From contig OZ024741.1 in assembly GCA_964016885.1 (NCBI GenBank), positions 300,514,001 to 300,578,000 of the forward strand: a DNA stretch of 64,000 nt, read 5' to 3'. Source of the DNA: Eledone cirrhosa (lineage: Eukaryota). Under the pieces are notes generated by a model that had not been told where the DNA came from, did no database searches, and worked only from the letters and a program-made list of their open reading frames with translations. Position numbers and translations under genes: made by a program. Below, piece by piece: positions 27,527-41,199 of the stretch (its first letter is position 1; every line of letters begins with the position of its first letter).

Positions 27527-27706
27527 AGAGTCGGAGTTGAGCTCATGCAGTTTTAACAGCTAGTTTCACCAGCCTCGGAGTCTAGAGCCACCAGTTGAAA
27601 TGGCAAGAGCTCAGGCGTTGGGAAGGCTCTTTATAAAACATCTATCTCTACCATCCCTCGTATCGAGTACTGTGTTGTATAATGGTCTAACTAGTTGTAT
27701 CCTGAT
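27523..27706 (+). mobile_element. Diverged mini fold-back PLE-type 3' end
   Basis: Tail ctctacc..gagtactgtg..atggtc resembles the 21023 family; short inverted left arm; TA-flanked. Confidence 0.55.
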
Positions 27707-27745
27707 ATATATTTATATATATATATATAAATATATATATACATA

Positions 27746-27859
<114 letters not shown>

Positions 27860-28716
27860 AACCTTCGCCCTCTAGGACGCGCGGTAGATTTTTGAGACTA
27901 ACTTTATGAAAAAAATAGCGTCTTCGATGCTGAGAAGTATATATATATGTGTGTGTGTGTGTTAGAGTGTATATATATATATATATATATGAGGGTCATG
28001 GGTTGTGTCTCTTCGCTCGCATACAAGTGAATTATTAAAATATTATCTTCCATATTTACACCACGTTCCATTTTCAAATTGTGTTTTTAGTGAATATCAA
28101 TGGCCAAACAAAATGTATAGTATACCTTCATGCTGGTTTTACCCTAATACCATTAAGCATGTTCTGTCTCTTATCCATTTCCTTCAATTATGTTAGTAAT
28201 TTCTAATACTGCAAGCGCTGTCCCACACTCGTGGTAAATACAACCTCTTATGCAAGGGAAAATGTAGCATACACATGATGTGGAAAATATGATTAGTTAA
28301 ATGGACTTATAATATCGATATTACATTTTCTTTCTACATTGCTGCAATGAAAGACACAGAACTCTGGTGGAATTCCATTTGAACAAGGAACATTATTTCC
28401 TAAATGCAACACTTTCTTCAGTTGTTGCAAAGGAACCAGTTTTATCTAGTATGAAACATATGTAACCCTAAAACAAACAAATTATTCTTCACATTTAACT
28501 TGCTAGAGCGATATAATTGAATTAACTTTAAAATTCGTTAATCAGAAGTACGTTTGAACTTAAAAAGTCATCTTGAACATAAAGGCTTGAAGACTGAATT
28601 TTTTTATATAGGATAAAAAGCATTGTACTCCTCTTTCACACAAATTAATTTTGATAAACGTCACACACGCATACGCACGTACAAATTCTCGCACTAACAT
28701 AAATATATATATGTGT

Positions 28717-28765
<49 letters not shown>

Positions 28766-30074
28766 CGTTTATTTCTTTACGTGAATAAGTTGTGATTATG
28801 TGTTATATATATTTCATAATCAAGAAATTTTATTTTTATTTCATGTAAATGGAAATCATCGATAGAAAAAGAAGAAAACGGTAACAACCTCTATTGATTA
28901 GTATTGAAAAGGATTGATTACATAGAATTGTGCGTTTCCACTGCGTTTACTGAAAACACCTGGGGCCATAAAGTTATTATACTAAAGTAAATCTATCTTA
29001 AAGGCGTTCTATAACTGCGTAAGAATGATTAAATTGAAAGCAGATTTCCATCCAATCTGAATGTCATTGTGAAGCCACTGTAAATTTGTTTTGTGAGGCA
29101 CATATGTTGGCACTATGGAGATTAAATATTCAAGAATATAATACATGGAGGGGAATCAAATAAAAAGGAAATGGTATTTCATTGAAACAGAAACAGAAAA
29201 AATCACAGCTGCCTGAAGCATCCTTCATAATAAACATACAAATGTATATGTGCTATATTATTATAAAACGTTATTGGAATATGATATTATATCGGTATTT
29301 CCCTATATGGAATAATACAAACCGAGCAATATTCATTTGTATATTATATTTGTGTACGTTCTATGTTAATTGCATCGTGTTGTTGTACCTATTATTTGCA
29401 GTTTTTTTTTTAATTTACACCGGCGTTGTTATGTCAAAATAGGTTGACATCAAGGAAATATACGAAATATGTAAGGATATATCGCAGCCGCTGAAGATTT
29501 AAAACCTTTTACAAATTAGTCATAATGTGAGGCCTTTATAAACAGATATGTAGATACAAAGATACCAACACATTTTTTAAGATATCCCCCTCCCCCTGCT
29601 CTTATTCCACCGAGACCACCACCCCCACCAGTACTGGTCCATTTTTCTCATCTCCGGCGAAATGTTATATTAAGTGGTAGTATACCTGCAACAATTAATT
29701 TTCTTTAGACATTAAAAAACATTATACAGGCTAGAAAAAGGAAAATGACAAAATATCCATACGTTATGATATACATACATAAGGTGGGTTAGAGTCTTCA
29801 TATATAAATTAAATGGCCAATTCTGGTTTTAAAATATCAAAGAATGCAACATAGAAAATTACAGATTTTCCAACAACCCACTACCATTTGGGACATGAAA
29901 CAATATGCAGTGATAATTCAATAATGTCCTTAATTATCATCGCAGATTTGCCCGTGTTTCATCTCAATCCTTTTATAAATGTGAATGTAAAAAAATGCTT
30001 AGGATTTTGTTTATAGCCAATGCATTGATATACATATTATATAGTACCACACAAACATACGTAAACGCAAAGAT

Positions 30075-30124
<50 letters not shown>

Positions 30125-30183
30125 GTGTGTGTGTATGTATGCCTAAATGTATATATATGTATATATATGTATATATTTACATT

Positions 30184-30237
<54 letters not shown>

Positions 30238-30270
30238 CATATATATATATAAATAAATATATATATGTAA

Positions 30271-30362
<92 letters not shown>

Positions 30363-30376
30363 ATATATATGTGAAT

Positions 30377-30946
30377 GTATATATAGTATATTTGTCAATA
30401 TACTGTATGCTTAAATAAAAAGATTTTGAAGACCTTACGCTATTCTTTTAAAGTAGTGACTATGCCACGTACTTCTTTTTTCAACAAACAAAGGGAGATA
30501 AGCTGACAGATCTCTGTTTCATACTGTTGGTATTTACCAGAGCCTTCATCTGTTGAAAATTATAAATGTTGGATTCTTATAGAATTCCAGTGCTGATCAG
30601 GAACTGGTTATACAGAGCGGTTGCCGGTCCAGCAAAAATTGAAAATTAGAATTGGTGCTCTGATATAGTGTAAGGTCTTCAAAATGTGTTTAGTTAAGCA
30701 TACAGTATATTGACAAATATATTATATACAAACCGAAAAAATGAAACGAAATTTCATTTCCCACTCTTAGTACGGCTGTTATTTAAATAAAAGTATGTAC
30801 ACGTACATACATATATGTATACAGACTTACAGTAGTATGTATATGTATATACATACATGCACACATATATATATGTACATATGGATTCACCGAACATTTA
30901 TTATAATGCTTTGGTGTGTTTGTAAACAAACATCCCGTATTAAGCC
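30377..30946 (-). mobile_element. Fold-back element with degenerate hammerhead
   Basis: 30377-30443 is inverted at 30664-30729. The minus strand at 30501-30553 reads cAGATGA-AGG..GAAA-CAGAGATCTG-TC. TA-flanked. Confidence 0.6.
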
Positions 30947-30947
30947 G

Positions 30948-31065
<118 letters not shown>

Positions 31066-31478
31066 TGTAATAGACAACATAAGATAATTATTTCATTTGC
31101 CAGTGGTAAACATTTATATTTGTTTATATTTGTCGGATTTTTAACTAATTGAATAGCCCTTCCTCTTTATATATATATATACATATATGTGTGTGTGTGT
31201 GTCTGTGTGTATGTGTGCGTATGTACGTATACATGTGCGTATGTGTGTGTATGTGTATATTTTTATATATCAGTAGTTATTTATATATATGTGTGTATGT
31301 GGTTGTATGTATTTTTCTCGTGTATATGTGTGAATGTATTTATACCTTTTGATATATGTATATGCACCTACATTTGTGTATATGTACCTATACGTTTGGT
31401 TGAGAGTATATGCGTGCGTATGTGTGTGTATGCTTGTGAGTATGTATATGTGTGTATATGTATGTGTGTGTATATAAA

Positions 31479-31525
<47 letters not shown>

Positions 31526-31687
31526 ATGTGTAATCGTTTGTATGTATATACTTAACTGTGTATATGTTTGTACTGTATATATATATGTATGTATATTTCT
31601 ATGTATATGTGTGTATGTATATATATGTATATATATTTCAATCACAGATATTTTTTATTTGTTTGACCCGAATTACTTGATCTTTAT

Positions 31688-31718
<31 letters not shown>

Positions 31719-31850
31719 CTATGTGAATGATTGTTTATCCATCGCCTCAGTGTGTTTGGCCTTTAACGTTTCTTATAGCTCTGGTTCATCTGAATCATTG
31801 AGCACTTGCCACACATTTCGTAGGCCGAAATGCGATTCTCGATAATTTAT

Positions 31851-31904
<54 letters not shown>

Positions 31905-32974
31905 TTCGTTTCTGAATTTGTCTAGCAAGATTCTTCATCTTAAATCGTGTGTTGAAACCGATATTGTTATACTTTGGGAGGGTCATGTTGCCAATAAGAA
32001 ACACACGCACCAGTTGCTTTCACTTCAACTTATTATAATAAATTTATAATAAATTTATAAATTTATAAATTTCCGGTTGGTTGGTTGGTTCCACAACCAG
32101 ATAGTTGTTTATATATTGTCATTGTTCTTTCGTCACACACTCTGTGACCTCTTCAGTGACTGGGGATTCCTTTCTTTGTTTGTGCCTCTCCTTTGTTCTA
32201 TCCTACGCCATTTTGTTTCTGTGTGTGTGTTGTGTGCTCAGTCTGCGCATGCGCCACATCCGGGTGTCTGTGTGTGTGTATGTTCATTTATTTATTTGTT
32301 TATTTACATGTTAATGGTTGGTTGTTTGTTCTATGTGTGTGTGTGTGTGTTTTCATTTTGTCTTTAATTGTAAGTTGTGATGTTGCTGTTCCACTCATGT
32401 TTTCTATTTAATTTTGGTTGTAATTCTTTTATGTTTATTGCCTCTGTAATTTGTCTAAACATTGCGTCTTTTCTGTGTCTAGATTCTATTTTTATTTCTA
32501 TGTTCTCTAATTTACCCTTGTGTTCTATTTTAGCATATTTCTCGACAACTACAAATGTACCCTTGTGTTTGTGTTCTATTTTAGCATATTTCTCGACAAC
32601 TACACTTCATAAAAGAATGTGCCTCGTCCCGAGTTTACACCAACACCATCAACACCGCGTAAGAAGATTACAACTCACCAAAAAAACAAGCAGATAGGCT
32701 AAAACGAACATTAATTCTAAACATAAAAAGAAGATTTATAGAGAATTAAGTCATCAAGAAAAACAAGCGTAACCTAATACAAGAAATAGCTAGGATCACC
32801 ACACCAAGAGAGAAACTAATATTTATAAGCCTTATACGTCCTGAAGAACAGTACATTACTCAAGAATGTGATAAGCACTTTAACAAGAAACTAAAGTGGC
32901 TTAAGCAGAGAAAGCTAAATCAGGATACTATAGAGAATACCAATAGATATCCCGACAAAATTGACGGTATAAAT

Positions 32975-35779
32975 ATGGCCGACACCTCATTAACAGATGA
33001 GTTCAACAACAACAACAACAACACAAATATATACGGCAACACAATAATAGATAATGATGAGTTATCTGTGTTGTGTTTACCCCCAAAATTTGCGACATTC
33101 AAGAAGGTAAATATGATTAGTTGTCTGTCAGAAATAGAAAAATCATTTACAAAATTACGCTGGAGCCTCAAAAACAAAAACAAAAACAAAAGCAACAATA
33201 TACGCACACACATATACAACACACATCCCAACAACAACAGACACACAGAGACAAACAACAATAACAACAACACACACACCAACAACAACAACAATAACAA
33301 TATACCCAGAAACAACAACAACAGACACGCAGAAACAAACAACAATAACAACACACACAACAACAATAACACACATGGAGACAACAACAACACACATCAA
33401 CAACAGCACACATCAACAACAACAACACACACACATTCAATGCCTCTCACCACCACCACAATCTTAACAAACACACAGACACAGAAAACAAGTAATGACA
33501 GTAGCACAGAAATCACAGAAATAAGGGAAAGTAATAGGATTAAAAGGAGAAGGGAGACTAAGGACAAAGAAAATAACCAAGACGAACACACAGACACACA
33601 AAATAGGGTAGATAACAACAATGAGCCAGTGGAAAGAGACAGGAGTAATTATGAGAGACATAGAAACAACCATGAGGCTGTTGGTGGAAATAGAAATAGA
33701 AACAACACAACTAACAATAACAATGGCACTAGTACACATAAAGCAGCAGCCTGGAACTCTACGTTTTATAATCCCTCTGATAAATCGTTCGACCTACGAC
33801 GAGTCCACGCCACGACATTACCATTTAACAAACGCACGCAATTGCCGTCGCAGGTCGATGAACAAACAGAAGCACAATTTAGTATAGCTAGATCCGAACT
33901 TAGAAATATTATAGAACAGTATAGCAAGAAGCATAATGGAATGGAGGCCCAGCAACTGGGAGAAAAATCTGCAAATAGCTTGCATAAGCTCATGAAGCGC
34001 TCACGTAATGGAGAGATAGCATGCTTTCCAACAGACAAGTCTGGCAGAATGTCGGTTGACAGCCTGCCAAACTACATCCAGGCAATGCAACCCCACATCA
34101 CTAACACAAGAGAGGTAACACCACAGGAGCATGAGGATAGAGAAAAAGCCCTCAATGCCCATATGGTGATGTGGACGAATATAATGCAGCCCAACAAAAG
34201 GACTGCCAACAACTTCAAGGCCTGGAACAATGACGTGCCGGCGTTGTATGGGCTTCGAAAAGACCATAAAACGGGCAGTGACCCTGTCGCGGGACCACCA
34301 ACACGGCCAGTCTGTGGAGCTAACATTGCTAGAAACTACAGACTGTCCTACTTCCTCTCCCTGATCATACGCCCCATCATTGAAATGTCCCCAGATGTAT
34401 GTGACAGCACGGAGGACCTCCTCAGCAGAATCGGCGTGGGTAACCGATCTAGGGACCTAACAAACTGCATAATAGGCAGTATGGATGTTGTGTCCCTGTA
34501 TCCATCTATTGATGTGGATTTTGCTGTGGAGAAATGCGTAGAAATGATCAGTAAGAGCAAGGTTGAGTTCCGTGGGATTGATACCAGTGAGCTGGGACTC
34601 CTACTTAAACTTACCTATTGTAATAGTTACCTAGACACATATGACCTTAGCAACCTGTGCCCTACAAGACCAGCAAGCGGCAGACCCCCTACCATTACCT
34701 CAATGGCCAAGAAAACCCACACAGATAGATGGAACGGGTGGACCAGAGCCATACGGACACCCGAAAACCACGATGAACTGAAGAAAATGATTGCACATGC
34801 GGTAGGGGCCAGCATAAAACTAACCCTTAAGGAACATATGTTCAAATTTAATGGTAAAACATATGCCCAAGAGGAAGGAGCAGCCATTGGTGTTAGCATT
34901 GCAGGCGACATAGCTAACTTATTCATGGTATGGTGGGACAGTAGACTTAAACTTAAACTTAAACATAAGCAACAATTAGAAGACCCCTTAACCCTGATAA
35001 TGTTCTCCCGCTACGTTGATGATATAAACATCGTAGTTAAGACACCCCCACTAGAGTACAGTCAGGAACTAGGGAAAAACACAATGGAAAGCATCCAGCA
35101 AATAGCAAACTCCATCCACCAGACCATTAGAGTTACTATAGACTACCCAAGTAAACACCCCAACCATCGATTACCTGTACTAGACACAGAGCTCTGGTTA
35201 GATACCATTAACAACAAAAAACAAATCCTCCATTCCCATTATGCCAAACCTATGACTTCCAAACATCTGATCCACCGAAACTCTGCAGTTTCGGACCATA
35301 CCAAAATTAACATACTGATTGCGGATTTGGTACGGGTGATGAGAAATGTGTCCCGCATGTGCAACCCCGAAGAACTAGAGAGACACATACAACACTTCAT
35401 CCACCGTATGCAATTCTCTGGCTACAATCAGAGAGATAAAATCAGAGTGTATAGAGGAGCCAGAACCAAATGGGAAAAAATGGTAAATAATGACATAAAT
35501 GGGACCTGCCCCTTGTATAGGAGCACATTTTGGAATAGAATAGAAAGAACTAGGAACAAGGCTAATAGAATAAACTCATGGTATGATAGCAATAAATACC
35601 AGAGTGTAATGTTCATCGATACAGCCCCTAGAGGTGAATTAGCTTACAAATTTAGAAGGGCCCTAAATAAACATAAACTCAATATTAAGATAGTAGAAAG
35701 ACCAGGTACGACCTTCAAGATAGTAAAGAATCATCTGTACTCTACCAACATGCTAAAACAGAACACAAGGGTAAATTAG
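32975..35779 (+). CDS. PLE reverse transcriptase ORF; GIY-YIG domain deleted and frameshifted
   Basis: TDKSG, LYGLRKDHK, TRPV, MDVVSLYPSI, GAAIG, RYVDD, LPVLD motifs; Asn/Thr-rich insert. About 220 bp is missing at 35710 relative to copy 2 (42901-43120). Confidence 0.88.
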   Translation: MADTSLTDEFNNNNNNTNIYGNTIIDNDELSVLCLPPKFATFKKVNMISCLSEIEKSFTKLRWSLKNKNKNKSNNIRTHIYNTHPNNNRHTETNNNNNNTHTNNNNNNNIPRNNNNRHAETNNNNNTHNNNNTHGDNNNTHQQQHTSTTTTHTHSMPLTTTTILTNTQTQKTSNDSSTEITEIRESNRIKRRRETKDKENNQDEHTDTQNRVDNNNEPVERDRSNYERHRNNHEAVGGNRNRNNTTNNNNGTSTHKAAAWNSTFYNPSDKSFDLRRVHATTLPFNKRTQLPSQVDEQTEAQFSIARSELRNIIEQYSKKHNGMEAQQLGEKSANSLHKLMKRSRNGEIACFPTDKSGRMSVDSLPNYIQAMQPHITNTREVTPQEHEDREKALNAHMVMWTNIMQPNKRTANNFKAWNNDVPALYGLRKDHKTGSDPVAGPPTRPVCGANIARNYRLSYFLSLIIRPIIEMSPDVCDSTEDLLSRIGVGNRSRDLTNCIIGSMDVVSLYPSIDVDFAVEKCVEMISKSKVEFRGIDTSELGLLLKLTYCNSYLDTYDLSNLCPTRPASGRPPTITSMAKKTHTDRWNGWTRAIRTPENHDELKKMIAHAVGASIKLTLKEHMFKFNGKTYAQEEGAAIGVSIAGDIANLFMVWWDSRLKLKLKHKQQLEDPLTLIMFSRYVDDINIVVKTPPLEYSQELGKNTMESIQQIANSIHQTIRVTIDYPSKHPNHRLPVLDTELWLDTINNKKQILHSHYAKPMTSKHLIHRNSAVSDHTKINILIADLVRVMRNVSRMCNPEELERHIQHFIHRMQFSGYNQRDKIRVYRGARTKWEKMVNNDINGTCPLYRSTFWNRIERTRNKANRINSWYDSNKYQSVMFIDTAPRGELAYKFRRALNKHKLNIKIVERPGTTFKIVKNHLYSTNMLKQNTRVN

Positions 35780-36122
35780 AGAACATAGAAATAAAAAAAG
35801 AATCTACACACAGAAAAGACGCAATGTTTAGACAAATTACAGAGGCAATAAACATAAAATAATTACAACCAAAATTAAATAGAAAACATGAGTGGATCAG
35901 CAACATCACAACTTACAATTAAGGACAAAATGAAAACACACACACACATAGAACAAACAACCAACCAGTAACATGTAAATAAACAAATAAATAAATGAAC
36001 ATAAACACACACAGACACCCGGATGTGGCGCATGCGCAGACTGAGCACACAACACACACACAGAAACAAAATGGCGTAGGGCGGAACAAAGGAGAGGCAC
36101 AGAAACAAAGAAAGGAATCCCC

Positions 36123-36167
36123 AGTAACTGAAGAGGTCACAGAGTGTGTGACGAAAGAACTATGACA
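36123..36167 (+). ncRNA. pLTR hammerhead (also 32118-32161 minus)
   Basis: CTGAAGA-G-GTCAC..GTGAC-GAAA-GAAC-TA-tgac. Confidence 0.7.
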
Positions 36168-36309
36168 ATATATAAACAACTATCTGGTTGTGGAACCAAC
36201 CAACCAACCAGAAATTTATAAATTTATAAATTTATTATAATAAGTTGAAGTGAAAGCAACTGGTGTGTGTGTTTCTTATTGGCAACATGACCCTCCCAAA
36301 GTATAACAA

Positions 36310-36329
<20 letters not shown>

Positions 36330-36342
<13 letters not shown>

Positions 36343-36907
36343 GTGCATTTGCCTACCACGTGTGTTTGTTTATTTACTTTTATTTGTGTCTTTTCTTCTT
36401 TCGTATCGCTGTCAACTTGATAATTTTTTATTTTTTATTTTTATATTTGACTTTATTTTTTACTTTTATTTATTTATTATTTTGATTTCATGTATATAGA
36501 TTCTCCTTGATCAATTGATGTGACTGCTTATTTTAGTATATGCGCATGGTCGAGTGTGTATATCTTTGTTTATTTATCTTTACTTATTTTTAATATTATG
36601 TGTGTATGTGTATGTGTATGTCTGTGGGGGGGGTGTCTGTGTTTATATACTTATATATTTATAATCTTTTTTCCTCTTCCTTCAGCCTCACTTTTATATT
36701 TCTTATATTTTTTGTTTTCAAATCCACATTCAATAAAAACACCAGCATTTTTTTCATTCTGACGACTGAAAGCAGATTTGTTTGCTTTTAAGAAACCACT
36801 GGTAAATGAAATAATTATCTTATGTTGTTTATTACATAACTAATAAGCTCTGTAACTTACATAGAGCACTCTTTTTTTCCTGGGCCTTTCGCACGGAATT
36901 ACTTCAC
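36330..36907 (+). mobile_element. PLE-type 3' end with hammerhead
   Basis: Hammerhead at 36752, tail hairpin at 36847, ends in (TA)n. Confidence 0.65.
36752..36811 (+). ncRNA. Type I hammerhead ribozyme
   Basis: Stem I tttcatt/aatgaaa, CTGACGA, stem II gaaagcaga/tttgctttt, GAAA, CCA-C-TGG, TA. Confidence 0.82.
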
Positions 36908-36921
36908 ATATATATATATAT

Positions 36922-37574
36922 CCCAACAACAGACACACAGACACAAACAACTATAACAACAACAACACAGACAACAACAATAATAACATACTCAGAGACA
37001 ACAACAACAGACACACAGACACAAACAACAATAACAACAACACACACAACAATAATAGCAACATACACGGAGACAACAACACACAACAACAACACACATC
37101 AACAACAACACACAACAACAACAACACACACACATGCCTCTCACCACCACCACAATCTTAACAGACACACAGACACCGAAAGCAGATAATGACCGTAACA
37201 CATAAGCAAGGGAAGGTAATGGGGTTGAAATAAGAAGTGAGACTATCGATACTGACAGAGAAAATAACCAGGACGAACACACAGACACACACAATAGAGC
37301 AGATAATAACAATGAACCAGAGGAAAGAGACAGGAATAATAATGATAGACATAAAAACAACCATGAGGCTGTCGGTGAAATTAGAAATAGAAACAACACT
37401 AACAATAACAACAGCAATATTACACATAAAGCAGCAGCCTGGAATTCTACTTTTTATAACCCTTCGGAAATGTCCTTCGACCTACGATGAGTCCAGGTCA
37501 CAACGTTAGCTTTTAACAAACGCACGCAATTGCCAACGCAGGTCGATGAACAAACAGAAGCACAATTTAGTGTA
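36922..37574 (+). mobile_element. Internal fragment of a PLE subfamily related to copy 1
   Basis: Homologous to about 33226-33887 (HKAAAWNSTFYNPS..FDLR..). Confidence 0.85.
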
Positions 37575-38205
37575 GAGTTAGCTCTACAATTAAGGAGCCG
37601 TATTTATATATCTATAAATTATCTCCTGTGATTATTCATGTTTATTTATATGTTAATCAATTCTAGTTATTATAAAATGCTCAGACCTATTCGTTAGAAT
37701 CTTAGAGCTTATTTTGCGGGTGATATGGTGCATGTCTTTTTGGCATGACACCCATAATTTTGATTATCTTAATTTTGGATATAGATATATAAGTAGGGCT
37801 CCTTAATTGTAGAGCTAACTCTGTTGAAAGGATTTGACTGCTGTTTCTAGTTGTCGATAACCATATTCACGCCCCTGTGACGAACTGGTATGATGTTTTT
37901 TTTTCTAGTAGATACGGCACGTGTTGCTGGCCAGTCGGTGATTTGAACTTGAAGTGTAAACATAGATCGCTGGACATCTTCCTTGTTGAAAATCCAAGTA
38001 TCGGCCTCCATGGTTTACCATTCGATTAATTGGTGAAATATATTTCTTTAATGGAATATATACAGGGAAGATTAATCATATTATAAGGTATCTATTTTTG
38101 AAGTTCTGGTTAACTTTATTTAGTTACCTACCTAGCTATGAGTGCTTACACACTTGTAAAAATTATCTCCTGTGATTATTCATGTTTATTTATATGTTAA
38201 TCAAT
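37575..38205 (+). mobile_element. Rearranged non-autonomous repeat with short inversion and partial tandem duplication
   Basis: 37575-37599 is inverted at 37797-37822; 37616-37662 is repeated at 38159-38206. Confidence 0.55.
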
Positions 38206-39820
38206 TTCTAACGCCATCTCACAGTCTGTGGCCTACTCCAGTGCCACGGAACACCCGCCCATCGCCTTACGGTCGAACAACGTACTATCTTCATCTTACA
38301 GACCCACACTCCCCCCGGCCTGAACTCCCCACCCTTATTCCTTTAGCGTTCGACCACCCCCCTCCCCCCACACTTATCCCCACTAACACCACTAACACAC
38401 CCCTCCTTTTCACCGCCCACCCCACACTAACAATACTAACACCTCCACTCCACCCCTCATCTGACCACCCTTCCCCAACTAACATACTAACATCCCTTCC
38501 CTCCCCACTTCTCCTCCTCCCCCTCCTTATCACACGCACACACGCACCCACTTACACCACCCACCCCCACGCAACTAACATCACTAACACCCTCCAACCC
38601 CACGCACACGTACCCACACACCCTCGTACACCACCAACTCTACACACCCTACCCCCACTAACCCCCACTCACACCTGCATTCCACGCCTCCCCACCTCCC
38701 GTATATTAACACCCACTAACACCTCTTCACCAAACTACACACACACCAGTACACCACACTCCCTCCATAGAACCACACACACTCTTCTCTCCCCGCTCCA
38801 CACTCACTCATCCCACTAACACCCAACTAATACACACACACATACACACACACACACACACACACCCTCCTCACTCCAACTCTCACACCTACCCATCCTC
38901 GCCTCCCTACCATTCCGCCGACTGCTGCTATGCCCTTCCAACCACTGTCTCAGCACCAACTGACCACAGCACTTCCACTGCTGACCACTTCCTGTTGCGC
39001 GCGCACCCCAGATCTCTCCTCTTCCGACCACCGCTTCTTGGATTACCCACACGCGTTTTGACTTCTCACCAAAATCTCCATACATCCGTGTAACTTACCA
39101 CTTTTCAACCACCCTCTTACACCACCACCTATATAACTCACCCACACACACACACCCCAAAACAATTTTTTTATCCACACGCCACCCACACCCACAACAC
39201 GCTTAAACCACACACACGTGCTTCCCACCACATATTTACACCCTCAGCCCCCTGATTCCTCTCCCCCCACCCCCTATTCACACACGCACAGACCCTCCGA
39301 CCCACAAAAACACCCCCCACACACCTTCCTGAACATGCAACCCCGTTCTTCCCCCAACCCTCACTTTCACATACACACACACACACACACACACGCACAC
39401 CTAACCACACACACCACCTTCAGCCCTCCCCGCTCGGACACCCCGTCTCCCTCTCCCCACTCCACCCGCCACCACCTCTACTCACCCCACACCCTTCCAC
39501 CACCTGTTTACCCCCCTTTTAATATCAGTTTATTTTGATCATGCCTTTATTTTTAAATTTTCTCATTCCTTGTATTTTGATCATGCTTTATTTTTATTTA
39601 TTATTTATTATATTTTTGTCTTTATTTGTTAATTTTTCATTCGCACCGTTTCCTTTCGCTATATGTCTCTCCACCACTCCCCTACACACCTTTTGAACTC
39701 TCACCTGAAGAAGGGCTTATGCCCGAAACGTCGTCCCCCACCTACCCCCCACTCTCCTGAGCGTGAATTTAATAAACATTTGTCGTACTGCCTCTCTGTT
39801 CTGTCCCTGTTCAATTTTTC

Positions 39821-39822
<2 letters not shown>
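38206..39822 (+). mobile_element. 5'-truncated PLE of another type: GIY-YIG C-terminus, C/A-rich 3' UTR, hammerhead
   Basis: 38215-38346 translates HLTVCGLLQCHGTPAHRLTVEQRTIFILQTHTPPGLNS..* (R..E..I..L.T..P.GLN). Hammerhead at 39702; aataaa at 39771; then (TA)n. Confidence 0.78.
39702..39735 (+). ncRNA. Minimal hammerhead ribozyme
   Basis: ac-CTGAAGA-A-GGGC-ttat-GCCC-GAAA-CG-TC-gt. Confidence 0.82.
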
Positions 39823-39856
<34 letters not shown>

Positions 39857-39881
39857 TACACACATATATACATACACACAT

Positions 39882-39935
<54 letters not shown>

Positions 39936-40328
39936 GGAGTAACATATTATTGTTATAGGTATTCCACTTAAGTGTAGTCCAGTTATGGTACTCCGGGTAG
40001 TGGATGATATCAAAGCTTGGCTAAGTTTCACTCAACAAGGCGCTCCCATAGTGATGTTGCGAGTACGCTGTAATTCCTATGTTGTAAACACTTGGAGTAA
40101 TGATAAATCAGGAAAGAAGAGTGACACGGTTTGCTATACAAAAAAGGTTTTTAATCTCATTGCTGACAATTCTTTCTCTGAACTGGTAGGTCTAGAGTTC
40201 GCTACCCGCTTGTTTTCACGTTATTCGATCACCAATTCAAAGTTATAACCAGTCAATTCATCGGAGCTTCTGAGAACGAAAGGAAAATACAGGCATTGCT
40301 GCTATATAAAGAAGTCATGGCATTCAAT

Positions 40329-40867
40329 CAGAACAATAACAACAATACTAACAATGCTAGCAATAAATTATTTGAAATAATCACAACTTCAATCTAGGTA
40401 GGAAGTATAGTATATCCACGATTCTAGCGTGTAAAACTAGCTGATATGAGGCAGATGTATAAATTTGACATGTAAAGTTCTGCTGTAGTAGTATTTTGAA
40501 ATGTTCTTGGATTTAGTTTCATTTGTTGAGAGTCAAGGGTGAGTAAGTTGTGTTGACAGCAGCTGAGAAGAGATATATTTATGGGTTGATAAGGTACTTA
40601 CAGACATTACTGTGGTATAGAACTAAGAAGGCTAGAATGTACTTAATGATTATACTTCTGTGGTGGTTCGTGCAGTATAGTGGGTATCTTAAGTTGAAAG
40701 CTAAGTTATGTCGGTTCGATTCACGGAGGCTTAAATCTTGTGAATTTAGTGGCGATCCTGTGTCTGCAGAAGATTGATCTTTCTAACTTGTTGTTGAGTG
40801 GCCTTTTTACATTTCTAAGGATATATAGTAATTCTAGATCACAGAGCCTACAGTGGGACATAGCGGT
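40329..40867. repeat. About 540-bp dispersed repeat, near-identical to 55568-56106
   Basis: Identical 75-aa spurious ORFs at 40550 and 55788. Confidence 0.9.
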
Positions 40868-40922
40868 ATTTGCGGCCACCAACCTCGACCAGTTGATACT
40901 GTAATTGGTGTTATACTATGTT

Positions 40923-40980
40923 ATACTATGATCATTTCAATGACCGGGTTCCATATGAATCCGGTGATATCATCAGGTAT
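40923..40980 (-). ncRNA. Type I hammerhead ribozyme
   Basis: Minus strand: atac-CTGATGA-..ACCGG..CCGGT..-GAAA-TGATCA-TA-gtat. Confidence 0.78.
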
Positions 40981-41053
40981 TCGAAATATAACAAAGAAAT
41001 ATGTAAAAAACATTATATATATACGTGTGTGTACATGTATGTGTATGTGTGTG

Positions 41054-41128
<75 letters not shown>

Positions 41129-41199
41129 GCACACACATACACATACATGTACCCACACGTATATATATAATGTTTTTTACATATATATATATATATATA

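Larger units (their letters stand above)
31901..36310 (+). mobile_element. Penelope-like element copy 1 with inverted pseudo-LTRs, in (TA)n
   Basis: Minus-strand 3' arm with tail at 31901-32605; plus-strand body 32606-36310. Inverted repeat about 31962-32545 vs 35748-36310. Confidence 0.9.

Noticed and set aside
38172-38819. 215-aa Pro/Thr/His-rich ORF
   Set aside because: Low-complexity PLE 3' UTR; the meaningful endonuclease C-terminus is in another frame.
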